A DNA stretch of 64,000 nt. Source: Heptranchias perlo. Lineage: Eukaryota. The notes under the pieces were generated by a model. The model was not told the origin of the DNA. It was given only the letters and a program-made list of their open reading frames with translations, and ran no database searches. The stretch lies in NCBI RefSeq assembly GCF_035084215.1, contig NC_090351.1, positions 11,408,001 to 11,472,000 on the forward strand. The letters are read 5' to 3'. The position numbers and the translations under genes are program-made. Numbering within the stretch: position 1 is the stretch's first letter; the number at the start of each line of letters is the position of its first letter. Positions 12,653-23,743 of the stretch are shown piece after piece.

Positions 12653-13012
12653 CTTAGTCATGTCAAAAGGATTGAGGTGCAAGTTCTCAGCCTCTTTGAA
12701 GGTCATGACCTAGATGTATGATTCTATGCATTTGGACAGTTACATGGGGAAGATGGGTATTGAGGGATATGGGCCAAGTGCAGGCAATTGGGACTAGCTT
12801 AGTGGTATAAACTGGGCGACATGGACATGTTGGGCCGAAGGGCCTGTTTCCATGTTGTAACTTCTATGATTCTATGATTCTATGTAGAGGGTGCATGATG
12901 GGTAGTTGCCATTGGTAATGGCATTGTACAGGTCTCAGGATGCGTAGTCTGGCTCGTTGGAACACAGGCGCTCGGCTACATCCACAGGAATGTTTTTGAT
13001 TCCCTGGTTTGT
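12653..13012 (-). pseudogene. Catalase pseudogene, exon-7 equivalent, split by a CR1 fragment
   Basis: [43 protein letters not shown] [insert] *VMTFKEAENLHLNPFDMTK|gtaaaa. It is 192 nt after removing the insert. Two in-frame stops (12935-12937, 12710-12712). The acceptor reads CTG instead of CAG. Confidence 0.95.
12719..12881 (+). mobile_element. Short CR1 3' fragment inserted into catalase pseudo-exon 7
   Basis: CR1 3' end with a (ctatgatt)n tail, flanked by the duplicated atgta at 12714-12718 and 12882-12886. Confidence 0.88.
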
Positions 13013-13274
13013 CAGAGTCAAAAGCAAAGAATGGTACGAAAGGCAAGTTAAAATGTCCATTCACTTTTTATGGGCTAGTCATTGTGAACGTTTATTGAGG
13101 GCACTGCTCAGCTATTTTGGAGATAAGCTGTTACAAACATTAGATATAGAGCGCCCCCGGATGGCTGAAATAGTAATTTCGGTGCCCATTATGGAATTGA
13201 ACTGAACGGATGAGGAGGCTTCCAGGTTCAATCCCTGGTCTGTGCTGAACTAGCACAGGTGATGCTGCAACTTA

Positions 13275-13930
13275 GAATCATATAATCATAGAAAATTTAC
13301 AGCACAGAAGGAGGCCATTCGGCCCATTGTGTCTGCGCCGGCTGAGTAACGAGCCACCCAGCCTAATCCCACTTTCCCGCATTTGGTCCGTGGCCCGCAG
13401 GTCACGGCTCTTCAGGTGCACATCCAGGTATTTTTTTAATGAGTTGAGGGTTTCTGCCTCTACCACCCTCTCAGGCAGTGAGTTCCAGACCCCCACCACC
13501 CTCTGGATGAAAAAACCTTTCCTCATTTCCGCTCTAATCCTTCTACCAATCACTTTAAATCTATGCCCCCTGGTTATTGACCCCTCCGCTAAGGGAAATA
13601 GGTCCTTCCTATCCACTCTATCTAGGCCCCTCATAATTTTGTACACCTCAATCAAATCACCCCTCAGCTTCCTCTGTTCCTAGGAAAACAACCCCAGCCT
13701 ATCCAATCTGTCATCATAGCTAAAATTCTCCAGTCCTGGCAACATCCTCGTAAATCTCCTCTGCACCCTCTTTAGTGCAATTACATCCTTCCTGTAATGT
13801 GGTGACCAGAACTGTGCGCAGTATTCAAGCTGTGGCCTAACTATTGTTTTATACAGTTCCAGCATAACATCCCTGCTTTTATATTCTATGCCTTGGCTAA
13901 TAAAAGAAAGCATTCCTTATGCCTTCTTAA
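13275..13930 (-). mobile_element. CR1 3' portion
   Basis: ORFs 13680..13913 and 13278..13655 (VRPQLEYCAQFWSP; WNSLP). Confidence 0.92.
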
Positions 13931-15129
13931 CTTGCCTCAATACAACTTGGTTAGCCCAACAGCAATTGTCCCTCCCACACCCAGCAGATGCAAAAGATGC
14001 TCCTCACCCCATAAGAGGATTTTTCACCCTCTACCACCAACAACACCCTTCTCTCTCAGTGCTTATCCAGGCTGACACAGCCCACATCCTCCCTTTCATT
14101 CCCATTACTCCATCTTTGCCAAGCTCCCCTGGCTTTGCTCCATCCTACATCTGAGACATCCTCAAGCCGTATGTTCCTGCCTGCACCCTCTCCTTTTCCA
14201 GTACCAGTTTACTTTTCATTCCCCACTCCCTCTGCTTTGCAGCCATTATGCCGTTTGGAATTCCCTGCCAAATCCCTTTGTTTCACCACCTCTATTCTGG
14301 TTTTCAAAAGTTTCCTTAATACTCCACCCTCGACCGTACTTTCACCCTGCCCGCTCCCAATCCTGTTCTTTTCTCTTCTTTTTTTCTCCACCTTGGTAGC
14401 CACCTTTCAGTAAAGTGCCTTCAGGCATTGTTCTCTATGTGAGCAGTGCTTTCGAAATGCAAGCTAACTACTCAGAAAAACGTCCAAAGGGGGAGCCAAG
14501 ACCGGGACGTGTGAATTGCAGTATTATGCAGTCAACAATATTCTATAATATTTGTGGGGAATTAAAAAAAGATGTCTCTTTTGTGGGACCTGAAACGTTA
14601 GAGTAAATTTTAACCCCCAAGAACGGGTGGGTTTTGGGGGCAGTTGGGCAGTGAAAATACTAAGTTTTCGGAGCGGCACCGCATCCCGAATGCAACGCGC
14701 CTACTTTCGGGTTTGACCCAGACGCGTTCGGATGCGCGTGCGCTTCTGACGCCCGGAAGTCCTGCCGGCACTTAAAGCCGGCAGGCCAATATTTAAAGGG
14801 CCAACTTAGGCATTTAAACCACTTAAGGCGATTAACTTTTTGTGTATTGAGTTACAGAAACTGTTTTAACTTCTCATGAGCATGTCTCCCATGACCTCTG
14901 AAACACGCCATGGAAACGAAGGAGAGTTGCACCCGACCCTCATTTGGATCTTTAAACCAGTGATCAACACATGTGAATAAAAGGTGAGTTTTTGCAGCAG
15001 GGCACTCAATTCCCTCAGACAAACCTTTGGCTGGGAGTTCTTTGTGTTTAGACTGAAATTTCCTTGTTCGCACTCAGAATTCTTGTGTTCAGACATATTT
15101 ACTTATATTTTGGACCCCCTCAAACTGGC

Positions 15130-15852
15130 AATATCAGCTTCCACTGTGACGACATCAGCCAGACTGAGAGGGCAGTGGGTTTCAACTCTCTCACTGGCTT
15201 CCCACGTGTGCAGGGCGCAATTGATTGCACACACGTAGCAATCCGAGGACCTCCATATGGGCCAGGACTATTCATCAACTGAAAGGGATTTCACTCCATC
15301 AATGCGCAGATGGATTGCGACCACCGGAGGAGGGTTCTACAGGTGTGTGCCAAATTCCCTGGCAGCTGCCATGATTCCTTCATTTTGTCCAACTCCAACA
15401 TCCTGGCCCTCTTCCATGCACAAGACAGACTTAAGGGCTGGCTCCTTGGAGACGAGGGATACCCCCTGCAGACGTGGCTCATGACACCTGTCCCACCAAC
15501 GAGGCACTGCAGGGGTGCGACAGTCACATCACCACCAGGTCTGTCATTGAACAAGCCATAGGAATGCTGAAGATGCGCTTCTGGTGCCTAGATCGATCGG
15601 GGGGAGCCCTTCAGTACTCGCCAGCAAGGGTGTGCAGATTAATAAGTCGTTTGTTGCGTCCTGCACAACATCGCTCAATAGAGAGGGTTACAGGTGGAGG
15701 AGCTCGAATGCGCTCATGAAGCATCCTTATCCGCCGGCAACATTGAAGAAGACGATGAGAAGGAGGAGGAGGACAAAGATGGGCGACCCATCGCCGGAGC
15801 AGTGGCGAACGTGGCTGCCCGTGAGTCACTCGTATTGAATAGGTTCTCATAG
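15130..15852 (+). pseudogene. Harbinger DDE transposase (HARBI1-like), 5'-deleted, with stop and frameshifts
   Basis: GFPRVQGAIDCTHVAI...N*KGFHSIN...FPGSCHDSFIL...WLLGDEGYPL...TRSVIEQAIGMLKMRF. Confidence 0.92.
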
Positions 15853-16422
15853 GGAGGTCTGCAAAGTGAAGATGGTGAACTAGTCAGACTGCCTGGAACA
15901 ACCACCGCCAACACCAGCCCTCCCGCTCGCACAAAACAGTCCTTCAACCACACATACACTCATTGTAAATGCACCCATGGGGTGGCATCAAGTTTTGGCG
16001 TTCATGATGAAGCACATGAAAGGGCGCTTTCACAAAAGGGACTCAAAAATGGACAAGACATGGCAGTGGTGGTGATAATAACATATAATGTGCATTTAAC
16101 AAAAAACAAACATAAATGAAAAATATGACATTGCGTCAGACACCCTTGTTCATGCCCTTGGTGATTACAAAACCTTAGCCTTCCTCTTCCTACTGCTTCT
16201 ACGTGGTGCAGCCCCTGACTGCTAAGATGTTCTCGACCTACGACCTCTGGGTTTTGGAGCCCGTGAGAGCCCCGCCAAAGACTGCTCCACCTGCACCTGT
16301 GCAAAGGCAGACTCAGCCATCAGGAGAGGAGGCAACATGATGGCTACTGGTTGAGGGGGGACAACGGGTGAGAGGTGGGTGTGCTTTGAGTGGAGTCCCC
16401 ACTTCCATGTCCCCTTTCGCCA

Positions 16423-17922
16423 TCATCTCTCCTGGGCCAAGGCCACATCATTCCTACCACTCTGCTGGACAGCAGTTTGGAGCAGATGTGTGACGTGTTC
16501 TAAGGCCACGGCTAAAGTATCCTTCTGCCTGTTTAAGGCAGCAGACACGTTAGCATTCAGAGTCTGAATAGCCATTGTCATGGCCTGAATGGACTCATTT
16601 GAGAGCTGTGCTTGAAGCTCAATGGAGGCTGCCATTCTCTCCATCACAGACATTCCCACACTTACCTGCGCCACCAATCCACTAGCGATGGAGTTGGACT
16701 CCTCCATCCTCTCCGCTATTATGGAGAGTGTGCGTGGCACATTTTCGCAAAGGTGCAGCTGTAACTCTGTCATTCTCATTCTCAACGATGGCCCCCGTGG
16801 TTCAGCATCTATGTCCAGATGAGCAGAGCCCACCGACGCGGACTCTCCACAGCTGCTCCTGCCACCAGTGTCTGCTTGTGCTCAATTGAGAGTGGTGAAT
16901 CACCAGGTGACAACCCAACTATCTGCCTAACAGGACCCACCGAGGTGTGAGTATCTACGCTGGGCATCGGCTGGATGTGATGAGATGGTGCACCCTCAGA
17001 GGCATGGAGTTCCTCCGAGGAATCGCCCTCTTCCATGGCACGTGCCTCATCATCAATTCTTGAAGGCCCCGGAAGGGAACATAAAACAATATTAACAATC
17101 ATCGCAGAAGTTAGTTTCCAGTGAGCATACTGAGATGTGCTACAGGTCAATCAATGATAACATCAATTCTTGATGTGTGTGAGGGATGTTAAAGATCTGT
17201 CACTGGCCGTTTGCAGGTTGCCAGTCTCACCATCTCCGACGGCCAGGCATTCAACTGTGCAGCCCAGATCCAAGGCCTCCTCCTCTGCATCTGTCAGGGG
17301 CACTATTTGCTGTGGCACCCTCCAGACCTACTCCTCTCCTGTGCATTTTGCACTGACTTCTCCTACAAGGGGAGAAAGATCAGACATGTGAGTGAGCGAA
17401 GGTGACGTGTTTACTCGAGGGATGCATTGCTTTGGGTGAGGCTGCCAATGAAACAGATGCATCAGAGAGTATCAGACAGATTCATCACATTGCATCAGGA
17501 TTGGGGTGAGTGGGAGTGGTGGGTTCACAAATGGGAAGGTGAGGAAATGCACAGAAAGTGAAGGTAGTTTGATAACGAGCCTTAAGTGGATATGAGGAGT
17601 GATGTAACAGAGTATGCTTGGCAAGACATAGTGAGGGGTAATGTACCCCACAGGGTGTGGATAAATCAGTAACTGTACGGACTTTTTCTAACCTGATTAG
17701 GTCACTAAAGCGCATCCTGCACTGTACCCACGACCTTGCCACCATGCTCCTGCTGCTCAGCTCCTCTGCCACCTCCAGCCATGCCTTCTTGATGGCAGAG
17801 GCAGGACACTTCCTCCAATCAGCCAGGTACAGTATTTCCCTCCTGCTCCTCACACCAGCCAGTAGCAAGTCAAGAGAAGAGTTGTTAAAGTGGGGAGCTG
17901 CCTTACTCCTTTGATGCTGCAT
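16423..17922 (-). pseudogene. Harbinger Myb/SANT-like DNA-binding protein gene, spliced and decayed
   Basis: ORF 17485..17922 contains APHFNNSSLDLLL...KKAWLEVAEEL...RSWVQCRMRFSDL. A second exon follows ctccccttgtag (~17364) with RSGG...LTDAEEEAL. ORF 16423..16833 gives a coiled-coil-like C-terminal part. Confidence 0.8.
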
Positions 17923-18289
17923 CTCTGCACATTCCTCCTTTCTCCCTCAAAATCCATGGTTGCAATGGCCCTTTAAATACTCTAGTTCACAGCACGTCAT
18001 CCGGGTGAGCTGTATGCCCACTGTGTAGCTGGGAGACCCGAAACCTGGAACTTACATTAAGGGCCTTCAATTTAGTCACAATCACTCAAGCCAAAGCGCA
18101 GAAATTTTTTCCAAGTTTCCCATGCACCTCCCCCCCTCAATGCTGACTTCCCACCGCCATGTTAAAATTATGCCCGTTAACTATCTTTCTCTCTCCACAG
18201 ATGTTGCCTGACCTGTTACGTGTTTTCCAGCATTTTCTGTTTTTATTTCAGGTTTCCAGCATCCGCAGTATTTTGCTTTTGTTTCAGAA

Positions 18290-19580
18290 GAGCTGAGGAT
18301 GCACACAGGGATATATGGCTAGGCAAGACCACTGGGAAAGGTGAGGCTTTGGTGGCATTTGGAAGGCAAAGATAAGGACCTTGAACTCAATTCACTGAGG
18401 CATGGGGATTCAGTGGAGCTTTGCAAGAACAGCGGTATTGGGAGTGTAGTACTTAGTGCAGGTGAGGCCACGGATTGCGGTGTTCTGAATGATTGGTAGT
18501 TCCTGGAGGGTGGAGGCCAGCAAGGAGAGCAATGGAGAAGTCGAGTCTCCAGGTGATGAAGACATGGACTAGTGTTTTGGCAGTAGTGGAGTGAGGTAGA
18601 GCAGTCAGGTAAGGTTTTGGAAGAAAGTAATCTTGGTAACAGATTGTATCTGAGAAGGAAGCAGAGATCAGGTTGGAGCAGTCGAAGAGGCCAGAGGCAC
18701 ATAGGTGCTTTCAAGTGCCAAGGAGGATGGCTTCCATTTTGTTGATATTTAGTTGGAGGAAATTTTGGCTCATCCCAGGGCTTAATGTCAGACAGGCACT
18801 TGAATAATTTCGAGGATTTCATTTCACATCGTTCACCTGACGAAGGGGGAAGCCTCCGAAAGCTTGTGAATTTAAAATAAAATTGCTGGACTATAACTTG
18901 GTGTTGTAAAATTGTTTACAATTGAATAATGTAGTAATGGCCTTGGGGTCAATGGTGAAGTAGAGCTAGGTGTCATAAGCACCTCATGCTTCTTGATGAG
19001 GTCACCCAGCAGTAGCATATAAATGAAGGAGAGGAAGGGGCCAAGGACGGAGCACTAGGATACATTGGTTGTTGTGCAGGCACAGGAGGAGAAGCTGTTG
19101 GATGAAATGTGAGGGGTAATTTTCCAACTTTACACTTCCTGCAGGGTGCCTCATCCGCTGGGAGTACATATCGGAGATTTGAGCACAAGGGGCACACTTT
19201 CTTTCGGCCCCTGGTTCAAATTATCAGAAAATCTATTGCAGTATACACATGAATTTCTGAAAGGCACTCCCAGTGGGTGAGGCTCCCTGTCTCAAGTTCA
19301 AAATCGAAGAATGGCCTCCGTAATGTTTACAGTGCAACAGGTAGGACTGGAACAAGAGGCAGCAGTGGCACGGAGGTGAGCTGCAGTGGGGTTACTTGGA
19401 GGACGGTGGAAAGATCAAGCAGTGTTGAAAGTAGCAGTGGGGCCAAGGAGGATAAGGAAGGATGGCAAGGACCAATCACAATCACAACAGATGTCTTTTC
19501 TACATGCAGTTTCAGGCTGTGGGTGGGACAAAAACTGGATTGGAGGGTTCCGAGTCGGGAGCAAGACAATGACACTCCTA
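18290..19580 (-). mobile_element. Degenerate L2 LINE
   Basis: Remnant LLSTLLDLS and SRLDxSxALL-like motifs on the - strand. Confidence 0.7.
18809..18921 (+). mobile_element. Short Penelope-like insertion carrying a minimal hammerhead motif (18832-18870)
   Basis: TTCAC-CTGACGA-A-GGGGG-AAG-CCTCC-GAAA-GC-TT-GTGAA. Flanked by the duplicated ttgaataat (18800-18808, 18922-18930). Almost identical to 34547-34644. Confidence 0.8.
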
Positions 19581-20229
19581 AAAAGAATTTAAATGTTTTG
19601 TATCTCTGAGTGAGTGCTTCAGCTCTCTCCTTGAATATTCAGTTTGAAGTAGACAGCCATGTCAACCCAAAAAACCCAGGAAAGCTGACAAACAGTTTCA
19701 AAAAAAGCCAACTCAAAAACAACCAGCCACTCAAACACAGTGTTGAATTCCAGCCTTTGAACAGGGCCACTGCTGAATAGATTAAATTCTGTTTTTACTA
19801 CATAGGATTTTGCGAGTTGTTTTGAGGATCACATTTTGCAATCCGGCCCCAGCTTTCAGTGAAAAGCGATACCTGGTGGCCTTTTCTATGACATGTGAAA
19901 ACCAGTAGTTACACTGAGAGTGCAGTGGAACGTGAACCTGCTCTAATTTAAGCTTCAGGTATACCCAATAGAGCTGATTTCCCAATCATACACTTCCAGC
20001 GAGAAACAGCGCTCGCTGGTATTGCTAATCAGGAAATTGTGGGCTCACAGTCTCTGATTTTCCATCTATTAATTTTCCGACCAGCGCTGCTTGTGAGTGC
20101 CGTTCCTCACCGGGAGCACTCAATCATGGAATCAGCCCTAATATTCCGTCAACTGTAGTGTAAGGAAAAACTAAACTATGAAAAGATGTGGTTTTAGTCA
20201 GATTTAGAAATTTTTGAAACCCAATGAGT

Positions 20230-20600
20230 GACACTGGACAATCTTGTCTCATTCCTCTTTTGACAGAAATAGGTTCAGTGAATTTCCCATTTAACCTTGC
20301 AAGGATCCTGGAGTTGCCGTACGTATCCAGATAAAATCCAAGATTGTATCCAGTTTCTCCATGAGGGCTTTATGAGGCATAACAACAACAACTACTTGCA
20401 TTTATATATAGCCTTTAACCTAGGTTAAAAGTCTTGCAAAAATCAATGAAAACAGTATAAATGGATTCCCCCTGAGCTTTACAATCCCCTATAATCTTTT
20501 ATAAAACCACAACCTACCCTACACATTCCTCATGAGAGCAAATAATAGCCTGATCCTTTCTGTAGGCCCTTAGAGCATCAGATATGTGTACTGTGACAAC
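20230..20600 (-). mobile_element. Old non-LTR (RTE-like) reverse-transcriptase remnant
   Basis: Minus-strand YTVFIDFCKTFN and ARLNGKFTEPISVKRGMRQDCPVS. Confidence 0.65.
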
Positions 20601-21081
20601 ATGAGAAACCACCTTAACAGCCACTGATATCAGTTAGATTTTCAGGTTCACCAGGTCTCCCTTTTATGGATAGAAACCACAAGTGCACTCTGGAATATTG
20701 AGTATATATGTATCTCAAATGGAATCCTATTCACCAAATGCAGACAAGTAGGGCCAAATATAAAAGTGGAATATACATTTTTTATCTCAGGAATGTGCTT
20801 GCCTCTAACAACTGGAGAATGACTGTTTCCAGTCATGACCCAAATTGCATTGTCCATGTTATCTATTCAATTCAAGGGCACCCTAAACAGAAATAGCCAC
20901 CAAATCTTATAAGGTGCTTCTACCTTTCTATTATCACTGCAGCTACAACTCCCAGCAATATGATCAATATTTTGTACAGATAAATTGTGCTAATGGAATA
21001 TTTTATGTAATTGTTTTTATAAGTCCATGCTATGGAACAGAAAAAACATATTAGCCAGTAATTAATGTCAATTCCACTCAC

Positions 21082-21183
21082 ATGATGTACGGACTCAGTC
21101 CGCAGGCTGAAGAACACCCACATATCAGGGTCATTCAGGTTGGTCTGCGGATTCCTCTTCAGACAGTGAACAAACAATGAGAA
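21082..21183 (-). pseudogene. Catalase pseudogene, exon-5 equivalent
   Basis: ttccttgttcag|[34 protein letters not shown]|gtgagt versus CAT [35 protein letters not shown]. 102 nt, phase 0/0, one codon shorter. Part of ORF 20920..21177. Confidence 0.93.
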
Positions 21184-23029
21184 CTGAACAAGGAAATCAA
21201 AGCCTTAGAGCGATTTAATGTCAGTATTTGGAGGTGGCTCCTCATTGAGAAGACCTCTCTGAGATATTGTCCCATGTCCTGGAACTGATATTTGCAAATT
21301 GCTCCAGTGTATAACTAGTTTGATGGAAGTACAGAAAGTAGGCTGTACATTCAGCAGAAGGTTTCACAACCTGGTACTGATTAACCACATTGACTATTAA
21401 ACCATAATTGTATAATCAGCTGTTGAGACCAAAGTAAAAGACATCTATAATGTTTTGTCCACCAGTTGCATTGTTTTCATGGTGATAGACAACTGCCAAG
21501 AATTAATAGGTTCTTTAGCCTTTTAAAATCTTTCCCTTCACACCAGGAAAAATTAGATCTTTTATTTGTTTTATCAAAAAAGGGCTAATCAATTTACATG
21601 ATTTGTAAATTGTTTCAGTGTCTAGACACCAAAATATCTGTCATTTATAAATACAATATCTATGTATCTTAATCCATCACTGAACACCAAAGTGTGAAAG
21701 TTTTTTTCTGGTGCTTGCAGACTTCATTCCACCACTTGCCAAGTCCAAAATCAGATGGGCAGGGGAGGGGTAAATCATTAACTCAGTTCTTTTGTTTTTT
21801 TTTACTGATTAAAATTTATGTCTCTGTATCGAAAGACAAAGGCATAAGCCAAAAATGAGTCTTCAATTTTTAAAAGTTTTTTATATCCGGTTTACCTTTT
21901 ATAACTTGCTGGAAGCATAGGGAGGAGCTGGAAAATCTGTTGCAACCTTTGTATTTTTAAACTGTCTAGTGCAGGCCAGAGACAATCCGAGAGGGAAAAC
22001 AGCACTGCTGTAATGCTGGAACTTCAAACAGCATCAACAGCAAAGAGGCTGGATATTATAATATGTTAGCACACTGTCTGCTCATGTGAAAGCTGGGTTC
22101 AAATCTGGCCCAGACTACTGGGGTGAAGCTCTCCTCTCTATCTGCTGGCTATGACCAGTGGATAAAGTGAATTTGTTATGAGAAGATACTCAGTCATTAC
22201 TCCTCCAGTAAACATTTTGTAACTTTTGATCCAGGACTGTATTTTTCTGCTTTTACTGAGTCGCTTCTAAAACCTGTGTTTTTCCTGCCTTGTCTTCCTC
22301 TAGTACGACAATTAAAACACTTCAATTTTTTAAATCCTAGGGGGCTGCATAAATCCCTCAAACTAGTGTTTCAAAGCCCTATCTACCAATTGGTGATTTT
22401 TGAAAAATAAAATGTTCACTTTAGAACTTCTTTTCCCCAGTACTACAGATATTACTGGAGGAAAGAGACTTAAACTTTATGCAGGATGGAGACAGACAAT
22501 GGGAGAACCCATCCAAGAGGAGACTCTGAGGATTTCAGTAAAATGTGATGGTGAGCATCATCACCAACTGGAGTTGCCGTTCAGCATGTTAAGTAGCTGC
22601 TTTGTTTCTTTTCCATTTTTTAAATTTTTTTTTTCCCCTTTATCAATTTCTCCCATAATCGCAAAAGGTTGAGAGTTGAGAGGCAAAGCTTTCCCAGGCT
22701 GCTCAAAAAGATCAATACCATTGTTGGAATTATAGCAATTATGAAGTGTTTTCCCTCTGAGAGAAAAGTCCATCTGCATTTGCATGAACCTGACTCTCAC
22801 ACTAACCGGGCCCGAGGATAGTCCTGTGGCACTATGTGTGGCAGTACTATTGTTGTGCCATGGGGAATCGGATGCAAGTTCATCCCTGCCCATACCTTAC
22901 TCCGTAGATTGAAAGACCCAATCTCAGCAAAACTACTGAATACCTTATCCCAATATTACCTCAGCAAGACTACTGAGAGATGCAGCTGGCACACGTGGAG
23001 CATCAAGCGGAAGTTAGCCCTTGCTGTTT

Positions 23030-23600
23030 TCATAGAATTACATAGAATGTACAGCACAGAAACAGCCCAACTGGTCTGTGCCAGTGTTTATGCCCCACTC
23101 GAGCCTCCTCCCACCCTACTTTATCTAACCCTATCAGTATATCCTTCTATTCCTTTCTCCCTCATGTGTTTATCTAGCTTCCCCTTAAATGCATCTATGC
23201 TATTCGCCTCAACTACTCCTTGTGGTAGCGAGTTCCACATTCTAACCAATCTTTGGGTAAAGAAGTTTCTCCTGAATCCCCTATTTGATTTATTAGTGAC
23301 TCTTATGTTTATGGCCCCTAGTTTTGGTCTCCCCCATAAGTGGAAATATCTTCTCTACATCTACCTTTTCAAACCCTTTCATAATCTTAAAGACCTCTAT
23401 TAGGTCACCCCACAGCCTTCGCTTTTCTAGAGAAAAGAGCCCCAGCCTGTTCAGTCTTTCCTGATAGATATAACCCCTCAGTTCTAGTATCATCCTTGTA
23501 AATCTTTTTTGCACCTTCTCCAGTGCCTCATTATCCTTTTTATAATATGGAGACCAGAACTGTGCACAGTACTCAAGTCTGGTCTAACCAAGGTTCTAAC
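23030..23600 (-). mobile_element. CR1 3' portion
   Basis: ORF 23293..23514 ([24 protein letters not shown]) and a CR1 tail. Confidence 0.9.
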
Positions 23601-23743
23601 CCAACAAACTGAGCAGCATTAGTTTTTTAAAAAAGCAAATCCATATGGAGCTGTGTTTCTAAGAGTGACAGACTCAGGGGTGACACTTGATACAATGCTT
23701 TAAAGTAGCAAAAACTAAAAATGGATAATATTAATGCTCAAAG

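Larger units (their letters stand above)
14601..18175. mobile_element. PIF/Harbinger DNA transposon, decayed two-gene element
   Basis: Imperfect terminal inverted repeats (TIRs) GAGTAAATTTTAAC / GTTAAAATTATGCCC. (G)TTA is duplicated on both flanks. Convergent transposase and Myb/SANT-like genes. Confidence 0.88.
19..21183 (-). pseudogene. Unprocessed (intron-containing) catalase pseudogene; remnants equivalent to CAT exons 5, 7, 8, 9 and probably 10; may continue beyond the left edge of the window
   Basis: Four clear exon-like segments and one weak one lie in the correct order on the - strand. They translate to catalase sequence and end at canonical CAT exon boundaries. They carry stop codons, frameshifts, deletions, a mutated acceptor and a LINE insertion. 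Confidence 0.93.

Noticed and set aside
15130-17922. Domesticated HARBI1 or NAIF1 host genes
   Set aside because: Stops, frameshifts, TIRs and a TSD show a decayed transposon copy.
19630-19790. Possible catalase exon-6 remnant (AVYFK versus AVYCK)
   Set aside because: Right interval, but only a 4-of-5 residue match and no splice sites; needs an HMM test.
21880-22990. Possible catalase exon-3/4 remnants (FEV, KVF tripeptides)
   Set aside because: Matches too short to distinguish from chance.
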